Shown here piece by piece: positions 1 through 13,005 of a DNA stretch of 64,000 bases. Position 1 is the stretch's first letter; the number at the start of each line of letters is the position of its first letter. Both the position numbers and the translations under genes were made by a program. Origin of the DNA: Batkoa obscura (taxonomy: Eukaryota); NCBI GenBank assembly GCA_030770535.1, contig JASVEC010000029.1, positions 124,001-188,000 on the forward strand. Direction: 5' to 3'. A model generated the notes under the pieces. The model did no database searches and was not told the origin of the DNA. It saw only the letters and a program-made list of their open reading frames with translations.

Positions 1-435
1 ACTTCTTTAATGGCATTAAATGCTAATCACTATACTAATGATAGTAAACAATTGAGCCAAATCAAACAAATCAAAGGTGTGGTTTCCATTGACGACATAT
101 TCAATATTCCATTTTTAGTTAGTAAATATGAAGAGTGTAATGAGGAATACATCATCCCATCATTTGGAGATAACCAAATTGAATGGAAGGCAGCATCACC
201 ACAATCCGTTTCAAAAGAAGTAAATAAGATGGACTACAATCAGCTGCATAGTTACTTACTAATTGATTTTAAACAGGATACTTTAGTCAACCTTGAGCAG
301 ACGCTCGAATTTACATGTCATTTAAAAGAAATTGGATTCAATAATGTACAAGTAGTAAGTGGTGACTTTAGTGACCATAGTGATATTCTAAAAAACACTA
401 ATGTAATTGATCAAATTTATGAATTTATTTTGTAA
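1..435 (+). CDS. 3' part of a kynurenine formamidase-like alpha/beta hydrolase; begins upstream of the window, intactness unknown
   Basis: Open frame from base 1. IKGVVSIDDIFNIP...FGDNQIEWKAASP...QDTLV...GDFSDH matches the C-terminal half of KFase/HSL-type hydrolases, with candidate catalytic Asp and His. Homologous to the relics at 24.5-28.5 kb. Confidence 0.65.
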   Translation, partial: TSLMALNANHYTNDSKQLSQIKQIKGVVSIDDIFNIPFLVSKYEECNEEYIIPSFGDNQIEWKAASPQSVSKEVNKMDYNQLHSYLLIDFKQDTLVNLEQTLEFTCHLKEIGFNNVQVVSGDFSDHSDILKNTNVIDQIYEFIL

Positions 436-502
436 TCTCCATAAATAGAATTACTTCATATACTTTTTGAAATTTTAGATTCATATTTATTGTCTTTTAT
501 TT

Positions 503-601
503 GGGGGTGTTTTTCTTGGTTTCATTGCTTTTTCCATTTTTTAAGCGCTATTTGAGCAGAAAGATTGTTAGTAAAATTCTTAAACACGAAAATACATCCC
601 C
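503..601 (-). mobile_element. ~98-bp MITE (family A)
   Basis: GGGGGTGTTTTT...AAAATACATCCCC imperfect TIR; TSD ATTT/ATTT. Strand is relative to the consensus GGGGATGTATTTTTTGTTTAAG... Confidence 0.85.
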
Positions 602-1422
602 ATTTATTAAAATTCTATCAATAGGATTTAGGATAGATTTTTGACTAAATCATTTGTACTATTGTTCAGTATAAAAAACTTTTGTCAAATCAATCAGATA
701 CTTTGAATATTATTTGTATTAATGTGTGTATATATTACAACATATTTTATTAAAAGTATTGAAATTAAGGAAATACAGTATATTTCAAAAATTAAATAAC
801 TTTTAAAATATCAAAACTGTTTAAGAGATCTATACCTATATTAAGCCAAAGTACTTATATAGGGTGTAATAGACTATAAAAACATATAAATGGCTATTGA
901 ATAAAAGAAAGGGGAAGAAATAAGCTTCAATTATCCATGATCTTTTATATAGTTATTGGTAAACGTTATTGTTTAAATGCTACACAATCGAAATCGAACC
1001 ATTCGTATTGTTTTGTAGATACCTCGTATTTTCATAGTATTTCAAGCATTTTATTATAAAATTGTTAGCTTTTCTACCACCTTATATCCCTATTACAGGT
1101 TTAAGAAAAACAGGGGGTCTATCAATTTAAACAAAAAGACATTTGGATCAAATTTGAAAGAATAAAAAAAAATTATTAAATGTATTATTTTTCAAGGTTT
1201 TGATAATAATATCAAAATAAACAAAAATACATTTTTAGGTAATATGATATTTAAAAAAGATAAAAACAACAAAGTTGATTAAAACAAATTTAACTTTAAA
1301 AATGAAATTTTTATTTTTATTATTTACATTATAGATTACTTCAACTAATAGTATGAATAAAATGAGAAGTAGCATTAAAAAAAATGCTAGTACTTTAAAG
1401 CTTAGAAATTTAAATAAGATTT

Positions 1423-1521
1423 GAGGATGTTTTTTTTAGTTTCATTACTTTTTCCATTTTTTAAGCGCTATTTCAACGGAAAGATTGTTAGTAAAATTCT
1501 TAAACAAAAAAATATATCCCC
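1423..1521 (-). mobile_element. MITE family A
   Basis: GAGGATGT...ATATCCCC; TSD ATTT/ATTT. Confidence 0.85.
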
Positions 1522-2005
1522 ATTTAATATTTTAAAATATATTTATGATTTTATCAAAATAATTATCATGAGCTGATTGCTTTAAAATCAAATATTGAAA
1601 GCTTTTTATTATTAGTTTAACTATTAAATAATGCTTAAGTACTGAAAATATTGAACTAAGTATAAAAATAACTTATAAATTAGCTGGAAAAAATATAATT
1701 ATTAGTATTTTGCACTATAAATTAAATTAAATTAAAAAAATTAAAAGTTGTTATTAAGTATTGTAATTATTTAAAAAAACTATTAATTGGATTTACTAAT
1801 ATTATATTTGATTTAAAGAATATAAGAAAATACATTTAAGTAGTTGTTTCATTGGTGCTTATTTGGTTTTTTTAATAACATTAAGTATTAATTACTATAT
1901 TAAAAATAATAAACAATTAAATTAAATTAAATAAATCAAAAATACAATATTTATTGGTAATATATTTGATATTTTATCTTTAGCTATTAAGTATAAAAAA
2001 TATAT

Positions 2006-2102
2006 GGGGATGTATTTTTTGTTTAAAAACTTTACCAACAATCTTTCTGTTCAAATAGCACTTAAAAAATGGAAAAAGTGACAAAATCAAAAAAGCATCC
2101 CT
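2006..2102 (+). mobile_element. MITE family A
   Basis: GGGGATGTATTTTTTG...AAAGCATCCCT; flanks ATAT/ATAC. Confidence 0.8.
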
Positions 2103-2132
2103 ATACTTTAATTTTTTCTCTTAGATGAGCAG

Positions 2133-2613
2133 TGTGAAATATCGCTTCATTAGCTCCATGATTGATTATAATATAATAATCAATTCAGAGTTCCTTATAT
2201 AGATTTGCTGTGAGAATTGCTACCACCTGATCACGAAGAACTTATTGTCCACGTTTTAATGTCCATATTTGGTAACGATAATAAGGAACAATTGTTATCA
2301 TGTTCCTTATATATAGCCACCCAGTTGGAGTATAAAAGAGATTCTTCAACATACCAACTCGAGGCTTTTTTAGTTGAATTACTCCCTGATAACGTATCAC
2401 TAATAAAATCACTAAGTCTTTCTGACAACATCTTACATAGATTTTACAGTAATATCTTCTATTATATTTGTTTTACATAATTCGTAGCTTATATGTATCA
2501 TTTCTATTAAGCTAAGTCTATCTTAGTTACATAAACTAAGACCGTTCGACTCAATGCAAGTTAATTAAACAAGAGTAACTTTTAACTTCGACCACTGAGT
2601 ATCAACTTTCACA
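2133..2613 (-). mobile_element. solo LTR, copy 1 of 3
   Basis: TGTGAAA...TTTCACA termini, perfect 4-bp TSD GCAG/GCAG; homologous to 49580-50055 and 54644-55184. Confidence 0.8.
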
Positions 2614-3342
2614 GCAGTTAGTTCAAAAAAGAGATGTAATAGTTATAATCATTTAACCTAATTTTTTTTTTAAAATTAGGCCAATTAAAAAGACCTTTTA
2701 TCCTTTGTCAATAAAACTAAGAATGTGGGAGTCGTTTCAGAATTTTTGGTCAATTATCTATTATTTGAACCAAATAGCCAACTTGTAAAACGAACCCCAC
2801 TAAATTAATAATAAAAATAGGGTAATAATGCAAAAGGAACAGGTTTAAATTTAGCCAACAATAGGAAAAATAGTTTAATATTTATGGGGTAATATTTTCA
2901 CAATTTATTTAGATTATTGTGTGTGATTTTTATTAACATTGTAAAATTGACAAATTGAGACTACTAAGAAAAATTGGGGCTCCTTTCTAAAAACGACTTC
3001 CTTTATACCTTCCAGTACATGAAGGCTCTAATGATGAATATTTTCTTATTACCTTACGAAGTTCATTGCCTATTTGATTTTTTATTTATAATTTTTCAAT
3101 TATTATTCTTTATTAAATAAAGACAAAGCTCTTACAACCCCCAAATTACAAAAGAAATATAAAAAAAAAGAAAAAAAAGTGATGAATTAGCTAAATTTAT
3201 AATGACATATTAAATCTCATTTAGTAATATATATGATAAAAAGAAAATAGGCTACAATTATTATTTTTTTAATGTATATATTTAATAAGGAAAGGAGTAA
3301 GGAAATAAAAATTTAGAATAAAAAAGTAACAAGTTAACTAAC

Positions 3343-4252
3343 TTAACATTCCATTGAATGACTATCAGAACAATCTTGATTCAATCTCATATTCATGGAA
3401 TTCAAATTAACTTTAGCATTAGGATCTTCATCCAATGCATGAATATTAGATTGAATTATATTAAATTCATTCAATTCAGGTGTATGAATAGAATCCTCTA
3501 AATCCGATTCATTCGAAGTTATATGTCTTAAAATAGGTTCAGAATCTTTAAAAATAATAGGTAACGGTCTTGGTACACTGTTAATGTCCTTTGGATTATT
3601 TTTGTTTAGAACTCGGATTATCTCTTCAATTGTTGGATATTCTTCAAATTCTTGTTGACTGTATTTGTAAATTAATTGTCCCTGTTCATTGATAATAACA
3701 GTACCACCCATCTGGAAACCATCTCCACGAAAATTCCCTGGAGTTTCTTTATTACTTTGTTTAATAGCTTTTCCTAATGATAAAAAATGATTAATACTTG
3801 TTATTATATATAAATAAATTATATATACTTGTACTCTTCCTGAACAACTTTTTTAATGATTTCAACACAGGAACTTTTTCAAAACCAAAATATTGGTAAA
3901 TACTTTTTTTAGTATCTAAATAAATTTCCCCATGCCAATAATTGCCTTTCATAAACGAAGTTAATCCTTTACAGTCAAATCCAACAGCTATTAACTTCAC
4001 ATTCAATTTTTCAAGTTCTCGCATCTGTTTACTAAGTTCTAAGGCTTCAGTGCTAGTTTTTAAATCTTAGTTTTGGAATTTAGATAAATAGATTTGTGCA
4101 TCTTACCGACATAAACAACATCCAAATCTTCTTAAAAATTTAACAACAATTATTTGATCTTTATACAACTCACTGAATAAAAAACCGTTACTAGGTTGAT
4201 ATGTGGTTTCTAAGCGTAAGTTTGGATCAATAGTATCGTATAATTTGGACAT
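3343..4252 (-). CDS. peroxiredoxin-like 2 / FAM213 (AhpC-TSA_2, SelU-like) protein, paralog 1; 3 exons
   Basis: Spliced product MSKLYDTIDP...VVKFLRRFGCCLCRTEA...LIAVG...YWHGEIYLD...GNFRGDGFQMGGTVII; GT-AG introns near 4106-4054 and 3827-3774. Confidence 0.85.
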
Positions 4253-5242
4253 TTTTATTTAATGACAATAAATATAAAGAAATAAAATAAAATAAAATAA
4301 AATAAAATAAAAGTATAAAATAGACTTTCTGTTATTATTTATACTTTATTCGTTATAATTCTAGTTACTTGATTGTAATAATTAGAAGTTTTGTTAATTA
4401 GTTTTATATAAATTTAGTTTAGCTTAATAATTGATAGAAATTTATTTTAATTTGGGGGAAATAAAACAAATTTTGATAACTATTCCTTTTTCTATTTGGC
4501 TCCCTTTTACATTTCATAATACCCCTTAATAGGAGGATGTTTATTATCTATTTTTTATTCACTTTTAAATCATTGATATATGTATAATAAGAAAAATATT
4601 ATTATTTAATACAATTAAAACAATAATGATAATAATAACAATAAATGATATTTTATTTTAATTTAATAACTAAATAGTTTGACTTTATTACTTCATTTTA
4701 TTTATTTTCAACTCTTTACTTTCAATTTGGAGTTGTAAGTACACCCATTATTATAATAACCCTAAAACTCAGTTATAAAAATATATAAAATTAAATTTCT
4801 AATTATAAAAAAAGCAACTGAGATTGAAAATTTGAAATAAATTTAAAACAAAGTGATAGAGATAATGTTAAACTTTAAAAATTATAGTTTTCATTTAACT
4901 TTAAAGTGAAGTTTTAAAATTACTTTTATCTTATAAACTTTAAATAAAATAATATAGTTTGATTTGATTTTATATAAATTCAGTCAAATTTAATATTTTT
5001 ATATTCAGTTTGAACTATCAAACAATCGATAATTTGAGATGTGTGAAATAAAGAACTGATGACTAAATTCAATAAATTGATGTGTCTAAAAAAACATAGT
5101 AGCAACCATGCATAATTGCAACCTTTTTTAAGCCACTACACCCAATTTTATTTAAAGTTTCAATTTTTGGTTGTAGAATTCACAATCAAATTTCTATCAG
5201 TATTCAATACAATTGAGGAATCCAAAAAAAATAGTATCAATA

Positions 5243-5325
5243 TGATCAGGATGGGATTCGAACCCACGCCTCCGAAGAGACCGCGGCCTTAACACGGCGC
5301 CTTAGACCAACTCGGCCACCTGATC
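5243..5325 (-). tRNA. tRNA-Leu(AAG)
   Basis: Reverse complement GATCAGG-TGGCCGAGTTGGTCTAAGGC-G-CCGTG-TTAAGGC-CGCGG-long variable arm-GTGGGTTCGAATCCCAT-CCTGATC-A folds into a cloverleaf with anticodon AAG. Confidence 0.95.
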
Positions 5326-5574
5326 TGAATTATTAAAATTTAAATAAGTAACTTAATTATAATCAATTTATATGTGAGTTTTTTAATGAATAAAAGCCAC
5401 ATTTTAGAAAATGACCAAAAAGAAAGGGATACGAAATTCCAACATTATGATTTAATAAAAAGGGAGAATGTGTGTTTAATAATTGTAAAGTTATTAACAA
5501 TTATCAGTTTTAATAAAATAAATTGATAATATCAATAAAATTAAAGCAATATCTAATAAAAAAATCAAATAAAG

Positions 5575-6550
5575 ATGAGTTTTGAACAATTATTAGTAAC
5601 ACAAGTGACCAAAAATGGGATGAAAAAAATACATTTATCCGAAATATTAAATGGAAAAGTAGTAGTGAAACTGATGCGTCGATTTGGTTGTCCATTATGT
5701 AGGATGGAAGCGAAAGCATTATCAAGTTATAAACCAATCTTTGGTAAGTTAATGAGAGAAAAAGATATTTTAATTGATTATTTATGATAGATGGATTGGA
5801 ACTGATTGATGTGATAAGAGTTATATATTAATAATCTTTGTTTATAGATAAATACAATGTAAAATTAATTGGTATTGGGTTTGATATCAATGGGTATAAA
5901 GTAGGTTTTCCTTTTTTTTTTAAATAGTCTTTATTATAATCTAAATATTCAAATCAAATAAGGAATTCGAGCAAGGTAACTATTGGGATGGAGAATTGTA
6001 TTTAGATCAAGAAAAAAAAGTATATGATTATTTTAATTTAAAGAGAGTGACTTTATTTAATGCTATATTCGCTTTTACCAGTCCAACTACTTGTAAGTTA
6101 TTTTATTTTATTTTATTTTGATAGATTTTTTAAAAAAACTGTATAGTGAACTCCTTAAAACAGGCTAAAGAAATGGGTGTTGGTGGGAATTATACGGTAA
6201 TTAAATATTATTTTCTATATGATTGAATATTAACATAGTTTGATGCTTATTTAGAAAGGCGATGGCTTGTAATTTTAACTTATCAATTGTATAAATGGAA
6301 CATTTTTTAACATATTTTAATAGTCAATTAGGAGCCACACTATTATTTGATAATCAAGAGTTAATTTATAAATTTGAACAAGCAACGGGTAGTGATTACC
6401 CAGATATTAAAAAGATGATTGAGTTGATTGGGGGTAATTCCAATGTCATTGAGGTAAGGTTTTATACTTGAAATTACTAGTTATTGTTAATATTTGTTTT
6501 AGAATACTATTTCTCCTCATTTTCCAGTATATCATGATAATAAACTATAG
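5575..6550 (+). CDS. PRXL2/FAM213-like redoxin, paralog 2; 7 exons including a 14-nt microexon
   Basis: KLMRRFGCPLCRMEA, LIGIGFD, YWDGELYLDQEK, GGNYT|KGDGF|QLGATLLF; six GT-AG introns. Confidence 0.85.
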
Positions 6551-7662
6551 TCTTTTCTTTTTTAAGCCATTTTATTTTGCGTTATTTTATATCGTTTGTA
6601 GCTTATAATTTATTACGTTATTTTGTATCATATGTATCTTATAGTTTATTATTTTGTATCAATTTTTAAGTGATGTATTTTTTATTCATTATTAATTTTT
6701 TCAAAAGCTTATTAAATCTTTCCGAATTGAAATATATTAGTTGATTTATAGAATAGTAATACTGAAAATTTTCAACAAATTTTTTTATTTTAAATAATAG
6801 AGATTTTGATCAAAAAACAATTGAAATAAAAAAGCAATTATATTTGTTAAGATTTTATTTAAGCCATAAAATTAATTCTCTAACAAAAATTAAAAAAAAA
6901 GAATACTTTATAAACAATAATTCTTCTATTTTTTTCAAAACAGAAACATGAAAAAACTTAATAACATTATCATCGTTATTCTATGTTATTAAATATTCTT
7001 TCACAATCATTTTAATAGTATAATTACTAATATGTAGCACCATGGTTAATTTTTTTATAAAAAATTCAAGTATGGCTAAATTATTTAATAAAACTAAAAA
7101 AATCGACTAATTACCCTAAGAATAAATACTATTAAAAAATAGAATAAATCCAAATCTCAATTTCATCTCAATAATTACGATATTAACATATTGTTGTCGG
7201 GCGATTTTATTTATAAACATTAAGTTTGAACTTTAGCCACACTAAAAGAAATTCAGCTAATTAAATTGATTTATAAAAAGACATGAATTCAATTTAATTA
7301 GTTGAAATTATTGATATGTTACAAGTTTATTTTAACCTTAACTTCAAAAATGGATTGTTGTGACTTAACAACAATGTGTTGAACACAAGTTGCGATGTTA
7401 AAGGCCATTAAATTACTAAATTTGTCTATCGATTAAAAAAAACCATAACTCAAAAAATGAAATTATGCTAAGTGGATAACTGGATAAAATAGGCTAATTG
7501 ACTAACAAAATTTCAAAAAAATGCGAAGTGTGAGTAAGGGAGTAATAATTATTAAAAATATTAAAGAAAGTATAAATATGAAACTCAACTCCAAACATTA
7601 ATTATTTGTATTAAATAAATCAATTCTATCTATTTCTATATTAACAAAAGAAACATATAACA

Positions 7663-8752
7663 ATGACTACCGAAAAGAGTTTAATTGGACAAAAAATTAA
7701 TTTAAATATTGAAGTTAATCCCTGGGATAAACCAGAAGAAATTGTTAAACTAAATTCCGCTTGGGATCATCAAAAAGTATTATTTAAAATATTTCGAAGA
7801 TTTGGTTGTCCTTTATGTCGGTAAGTAGAGAATAATAATCTATTGTTATTGTATCTTTTTATAATATAATATATTTATGCTTTTTCATTTTATTTAGTTT
7901 AGAAGCTAAAGTACTTTCCAATTATAAAAAAGAGTTTGGTAAATTTATTTATGTTTTATTATAATAATCTTATTTATTTGTTTATTCTTAATAGAAAAAT
8001 TAAATGTTCGTGTTATTGGTATTGGATTTGATGAATTAGGTTTAAAAGTAATATAATAATAATAATATTAATATATAAACATAATATTAATAACATATTC
8101 TATTTTATAATAGGAATGGACTGAAAATAAATTTTGGGATTATGAATTATATATGGATAAACCAAGAACTTTATATAAATATTTGAATTTTAATCGTCAT
8201 AATTATTGGTCCGGTATTGTTACTTTATTTGGTGATGAAGAACGTAAGTATATTATTATTATTATTATTAAGTATTATTTATTTATTTATTTATTTATCT
8301 TTTATTTATAGAAAGAGCTTCTAGAGCTTGTAAAGAACGTGGTATCACTGGTAATATGTTGGTAAGTTTGATTAATAATTTATTAATAATTTATTAATAA
8401 TGTACTTTTATTTAGGTTGGTGATGGATTGTAATAATTAACTATACTAGTATAACAAAATAATAGAATTATTAATATAATATTTGTTTTTTAAATAGTCA
8501 ATTAGGTGGTACTTATTTACTTGATCAAGGTGGTGAAATATTATATGAATTTAAACAAAAAGGTTATGGTGATTATCCAAGTTTAAAAGAAGTTATATTT
8601 GCTGCTGGTGGGGATCCTAATATTGTTGATGTAAATATTATTTATTTTATTATTATATTAATTGTTATTTATTTATTTATTTACTTATTTATTTATAGCA
8701 TAAAGATGAAATTTTAGTACGTCATTGTAATGATGCCCAATGTCAAATTTAA
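7663..8752 (+). CDS. PRXL2/FAM213-like redoxin, paralog 3; 8 exons including a 14-nt microexon; absent from the ORF track
   Basis: KIFRRFGCPLCR|LEAK, VIGIGFDELG, FWDYELYMDKP, GITGNML|VGDGF|QLGGTYLLD, C-terminal HCNDAQCQI*. Confidence 0.85.
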
Positions 8753-8950
8753 ACTGATATTAAAGTTTGAAAGATGCTTTTGGTTATGTAATAAGTGATC
8801 TTTATTTAGTTTGTTGAATTTTTATTCTTGTTGATGCTTTTGAATAAAATAAACTATTTTTCTACTAAAAATTATTATAACCTATTTTTAATATTGAAAA
8901 TTAATCTTATTAAATCAAACTATATATAATATAACAGTTAAATACTATAT

Positions 8951-9048
8951 AGGGAAGTATTTTTTTGTTTAAGAATTTTACTAATAGCTTTTCCACTTAA
9001 ATAGCGCTTAAAAAATGGAAAAAGTGATGAAATAAAAAAAACACGCTC
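8951..9048 (+). mobile_element. MITE family A
   Basis: Consensus match; TSD ATAT/ATAT. Confidence 0.8.
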
Positions 9049-9163
9049 ATATAGTAATATTGAGATTGTGCTTTTTAATTTGATTACTATTTTCATTTTT
9101 TATATAATAAAAGATTTGAACAATTCGTTAATTAGGTTTATCAACAAAAAAAAGACAGTATAT

Positions 9164-9261
9164 GGGGATGTATTTTTTGTTTAAGAATTTTACTAACAAT
9201 CTTTCCGCTCAAATAGCGCTTAAAAGATAGAAAAAGTAATGAAACAAAAAAAAACACCCTC
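9164..9261 (+). mobile_element. MITE family A
   Basis: GGGGATGT...ACACCCTC; TSD ATAT/ATAT. Confidence 0.85.
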
Positions 9262-9298
9262 ATATATATGAAAATCACTTTATTTATTTATTTTTTAA

Positions 9299-9896
9299 CT
9301 ACTTTAACATAGTCAATTTATTACTCCATTTTTTAGGTAAAAATCGACTCCACATTCTTTTTAATATTGGATAAAAATAAACATTTTTACCAAATAAATT
9401 GGAAAATGTAAATAACAATAATGAATAAGTTGGTAATCCTAATAACACAGAACTTATTCTATAACTCCATGGGCCTTCTTTTAGGGAACCTATATAAAAA
9501 AGATAAATGCTTAGTTCTCTTAATACTCTTTTTTTACATACTATTAATTACTAATTCATTGAAATTATTTTTTGATTTAATAGTAGTAATATCAAAAAAA
9601 AACATTGTATTATAAAATGAATCTATATCTATTATTAAAAATAGATCAATTTATTCCTTACCTTTTAAGCCAAACAGATTATTTAATAAAGGTCTTGAAA
9701 TATAAACCGAAGTGGAGCCAGTGATAGCAAAGATGCCCATAATTAATATAAAATCTTTATAAAATAAGAATGAATTTTTTGGATGTGGAGATATTTTTTC
9801 AAATAATGTTCGTTTGATTAATAAATTATCATTAAAATGGAATGTACTTTTTAGTTTTGTTGGTTTAATACTTGTAGTTAATCGTGTTAGTAACAT
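9299..9896 (-). CDS. small membrane protein, DUF6787-like, with a probable mitochondrial presequence; 2 exons
   Basis: Basic, Ser/Thr-rich N-terminus; IFAITGSTSVYISRP...|SLKEGPWSYRI...LPTYSLLLF...FGKNVYF...KRMWSRF; intron ~9661-9490. Confidence 0.6.
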
Positions 9897-10249
9897 ATTC
9901 GATATAATAATTGATTATTTGTATTTGATTTAAAATCGGGTTTATATGAGTCTTGGTTGAGGCTTAAAAAAATAATATCTTTTATTATTGATATAAAAAT
10001 ATATACAAGTATTATACTATTTTCTTAAAAAATAAAAAATAACAAATATTAAAAAATGATCAAATGTAAAATTTAGTTTAATAACCAATCATAAGCTTTG
10101 ATCTTTTATCTCATTAATTTAAATAATTAATTTCTTCATTAATATATTAATATCATCAAAAAAATAAATGAAAAACATTCTATATTAATTGAACAAAAGT
10201 TATATTATTTAAAAATTACATTTATTTATAAATAAACTCCCTACTGTTC

Positions 10250-12178
10250 TTACACCACCTTACGACCACAACACTCAGTTTCTTCTTTTTTACTTTTACT
10301 TCCACAGCATTCATTATCCCCCTTACCTTCCTCACTCATATTATTCTTTACACTTAATACTCTCTCACTTTTTTTATTTCTATTCTTATTTTTTAAATGA
10401 TTATTATGATTTGGTGTCCAATTTCCTAAAGATTCATTAGCATAAAAATCCATTGGATAGACATTTTGAAATTCAATATTATCTAAAGCAACATTAACTT
10501 CATAAGGAGTTAATAAGGGCTTATTAAATGCATAACCCCAATCAATACTTAATCGAGGACAAGCTATTTGAACAAAACTAATAATCAATGAAATTAAAAA
10601 AGTTATGTTAGTTGATTAATAGTGTTATAACTGTTAATACTTACACATCGATATTTTCAAATTCATTTAATTTGGTTGGAAAAATTTCAGATAATAAAAT
10701 AATACTATAATTTAATCCTTTATCTTGAATCTTCTCTTTCAATGCCTAAAAACAAAACATTATCAATTAAAATCCCTACTACAGAAAAACCCTTACTTCC
10801 AAAACTCGATTACTACCCTGTCTACCAAGGGTACCTAAAATGATACCAAATTTTTTGGCTTTTTTACTCTGTTGAATTGCAAATTCTCTTATCTCATGCA
10901 TTTCACTATGATTATAATATTCTCGAGTAAATTTTTGATTATATGGGTCATATCGATAAGCTGGTAAATCAGGATTAGCTATCATAGCGGCTTCTAAATG
11001 AAATCGACCATCACCTAGGTAGCTAGTATTTTATAAAAGGTATTATAATTGTATTAAATTATTAGGAAGAGGATATATTACACTTACATCAATGCATCTT
11101 GTGAGTTAATTTTTGGTGCTGTACAACCTAATATCTCACCAGGGCTTAATGGCTTACTTTGTGGTATTAAAATTTGATAATTTTTAGAAAGTAATTGATA
11201 TGAAGCCTAATTATTATTATTAATATTTTAAAAAATAAATATTAATATTTTAATGATTCAATAATAAACGTTAATAAAATACTTACTTGTAAAGCAGTAC
11301 CAAATTGAATTGTACCTACTAAGGCTAGTTTACTACCAGCTTCAAAATTATATTCTACAGTATCAATGAAGTGTTGGATATTGATACTGATATCGACAAA
11401 GATGTATAATGTTTTTATACTAGTGATATCAACAGGAACTAATAAAGTTTTAAAATTAAAATATAAAATTCAATAAAATAAATCAATAAAAATGAAACAA
11501 TATTTCAACCTCATTTACCTAAACAAGAATGACCATAATGTAATAAAAAATCACACTTTAATGCTTTAGCTGTGAAATCATCTACACAACATGCACCATA
11601 AGTTACATCCCCCATTATTACTGTTTTTACATTACAGAATCTGATTAAATATTTAAGCTGAATATTTTATTCTTTTTATTAAAAGCTATTTTTTATTTAC
11701 CTTTCCAATATATCCGCTATAGTACAAGCAAACATTAATATACCTTCAGGGAATTGTAAAGCCACTATAAGAGATGGGGATTAATTTTTTGATATTGATA
11801 ATAATAAACTAGTTTAGTAAGATACATATATAAATCATTACCTTTTGTAGCTCCAAATTTTTTAATTTGCCAAATACTCTTGTGAATTTCAAAGTTATAA
11901 TTGGAAGGTAACTAATTTTTATTAAGTTGATTATTATTTTTTAAACATTTTATTAAATAGATAATGTATACTTGTTTTATTGCCATATTTAATAGCTCAT
12001 TATTTAATATATCTTCTGGTATTTGGTTCCATAGTCGACGATTACTAACTCGAGATTTTGGAGCGGTGGCATTATCTATTAGAATTTTTTTTTTAAAATG
12101 ATTTTTTTTGGTATTGATTACTATCTAGTGTCTACCTTCAATATCTTCTATCCCTTTTCTAATTGTTGTTAAATCCAT
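10250..12178 (-). CDS. DPH1: diphthamide biosynthesis protein Dph1 (2-(3-amino-3-carboxypropyl)histidine synthase subunit 1); multi-exon
   Basis: Exons encode [81 protein letters not shown]. Confidence 0.95.
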
Positions 12179-12396
12179 TTATTTATTTACTTTGATTTAA
12201 TAAAAATAATAACTTGAAATTTCAAAACTAAAATTCCTAAAAATAAATTGCAAAAAAAGGACTAAGTGCCAAAGTTCCAAAATAAAGCTGCATAAATGAA
12301 GTTTATTTTGAATTTTTAGATTCATTCCAATTCAATTTTTAGAAATCAAATTCATTCTTTAACCAAAAGTTGAAAAAGTAAAACAATAATCAAATT

Positions 12397-13005
12397 ATGT
12401 CAAGTGTAAGTATAACTATATATTATATATTCACAGTTTTAGCAAACCTAACTTCAAAGTTCAACACTGAAAAGTCACAACTTCAAATTTCAAACAATTA
12501 AACTATCAATCTCATTAAAAACTCCACTCACAAAAACGATAAATGCTAATCTCATTTCTCTGTTTATTAGTTAATCCCTGTTAATCCCAAACCCTTTTTA
12601 CAAAATTTAACTGGAAAAGCAGTAGTAGTCAAACTCAAGTGGGGTTTAGAATACAAAGGTTTTTTAACTTCGGTTGATTCTTATATGAATTTACAAGTAA
12701 GCATTTAGTAATAATTGATTTATCTATACGATTATTGTTTCTACTTGTTTTTTATTATCAATTTTTATTTTTATTTTTATTACCTATTAATATTTGCATT
12801 TTTATAGTTGAACTCAGCTGAAGAATTTGAAGATGGAATAGGTGCTCAAGTTGGGGAAGTATTGATAAGGTAAAAAGCTGAACTTTTTTATCTCGGAATG
12901 TGTATTGATAATTTTATTTTGATTATTAGGTGTAATAATGTATTATATATCCGTGGAGCTGATGAAGAATTAAAAGAAGAAGTTAAAGAAGAAGCCATGG
13001 AATAA
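12397..13005 (+). CDS. SMX3: small nuclear ribonucleoprotein F (SmF); 4 exons; absent from the ORF track
   Basis: [75 protein letters not shown]... Confidence 0.93.

Noticed and set aside
2217..2480. ORFs 2217..2480 and 2231..2431
   Set aside because: They lie inside a solo LTR and show no recognisable protein motif.
3343..8752. Selenocysteine (UGA) recoding in the SelU-like genes
   Set aside because: All CxxC codons are TGT; there is no in-frame TGA in the reconstructed exons.
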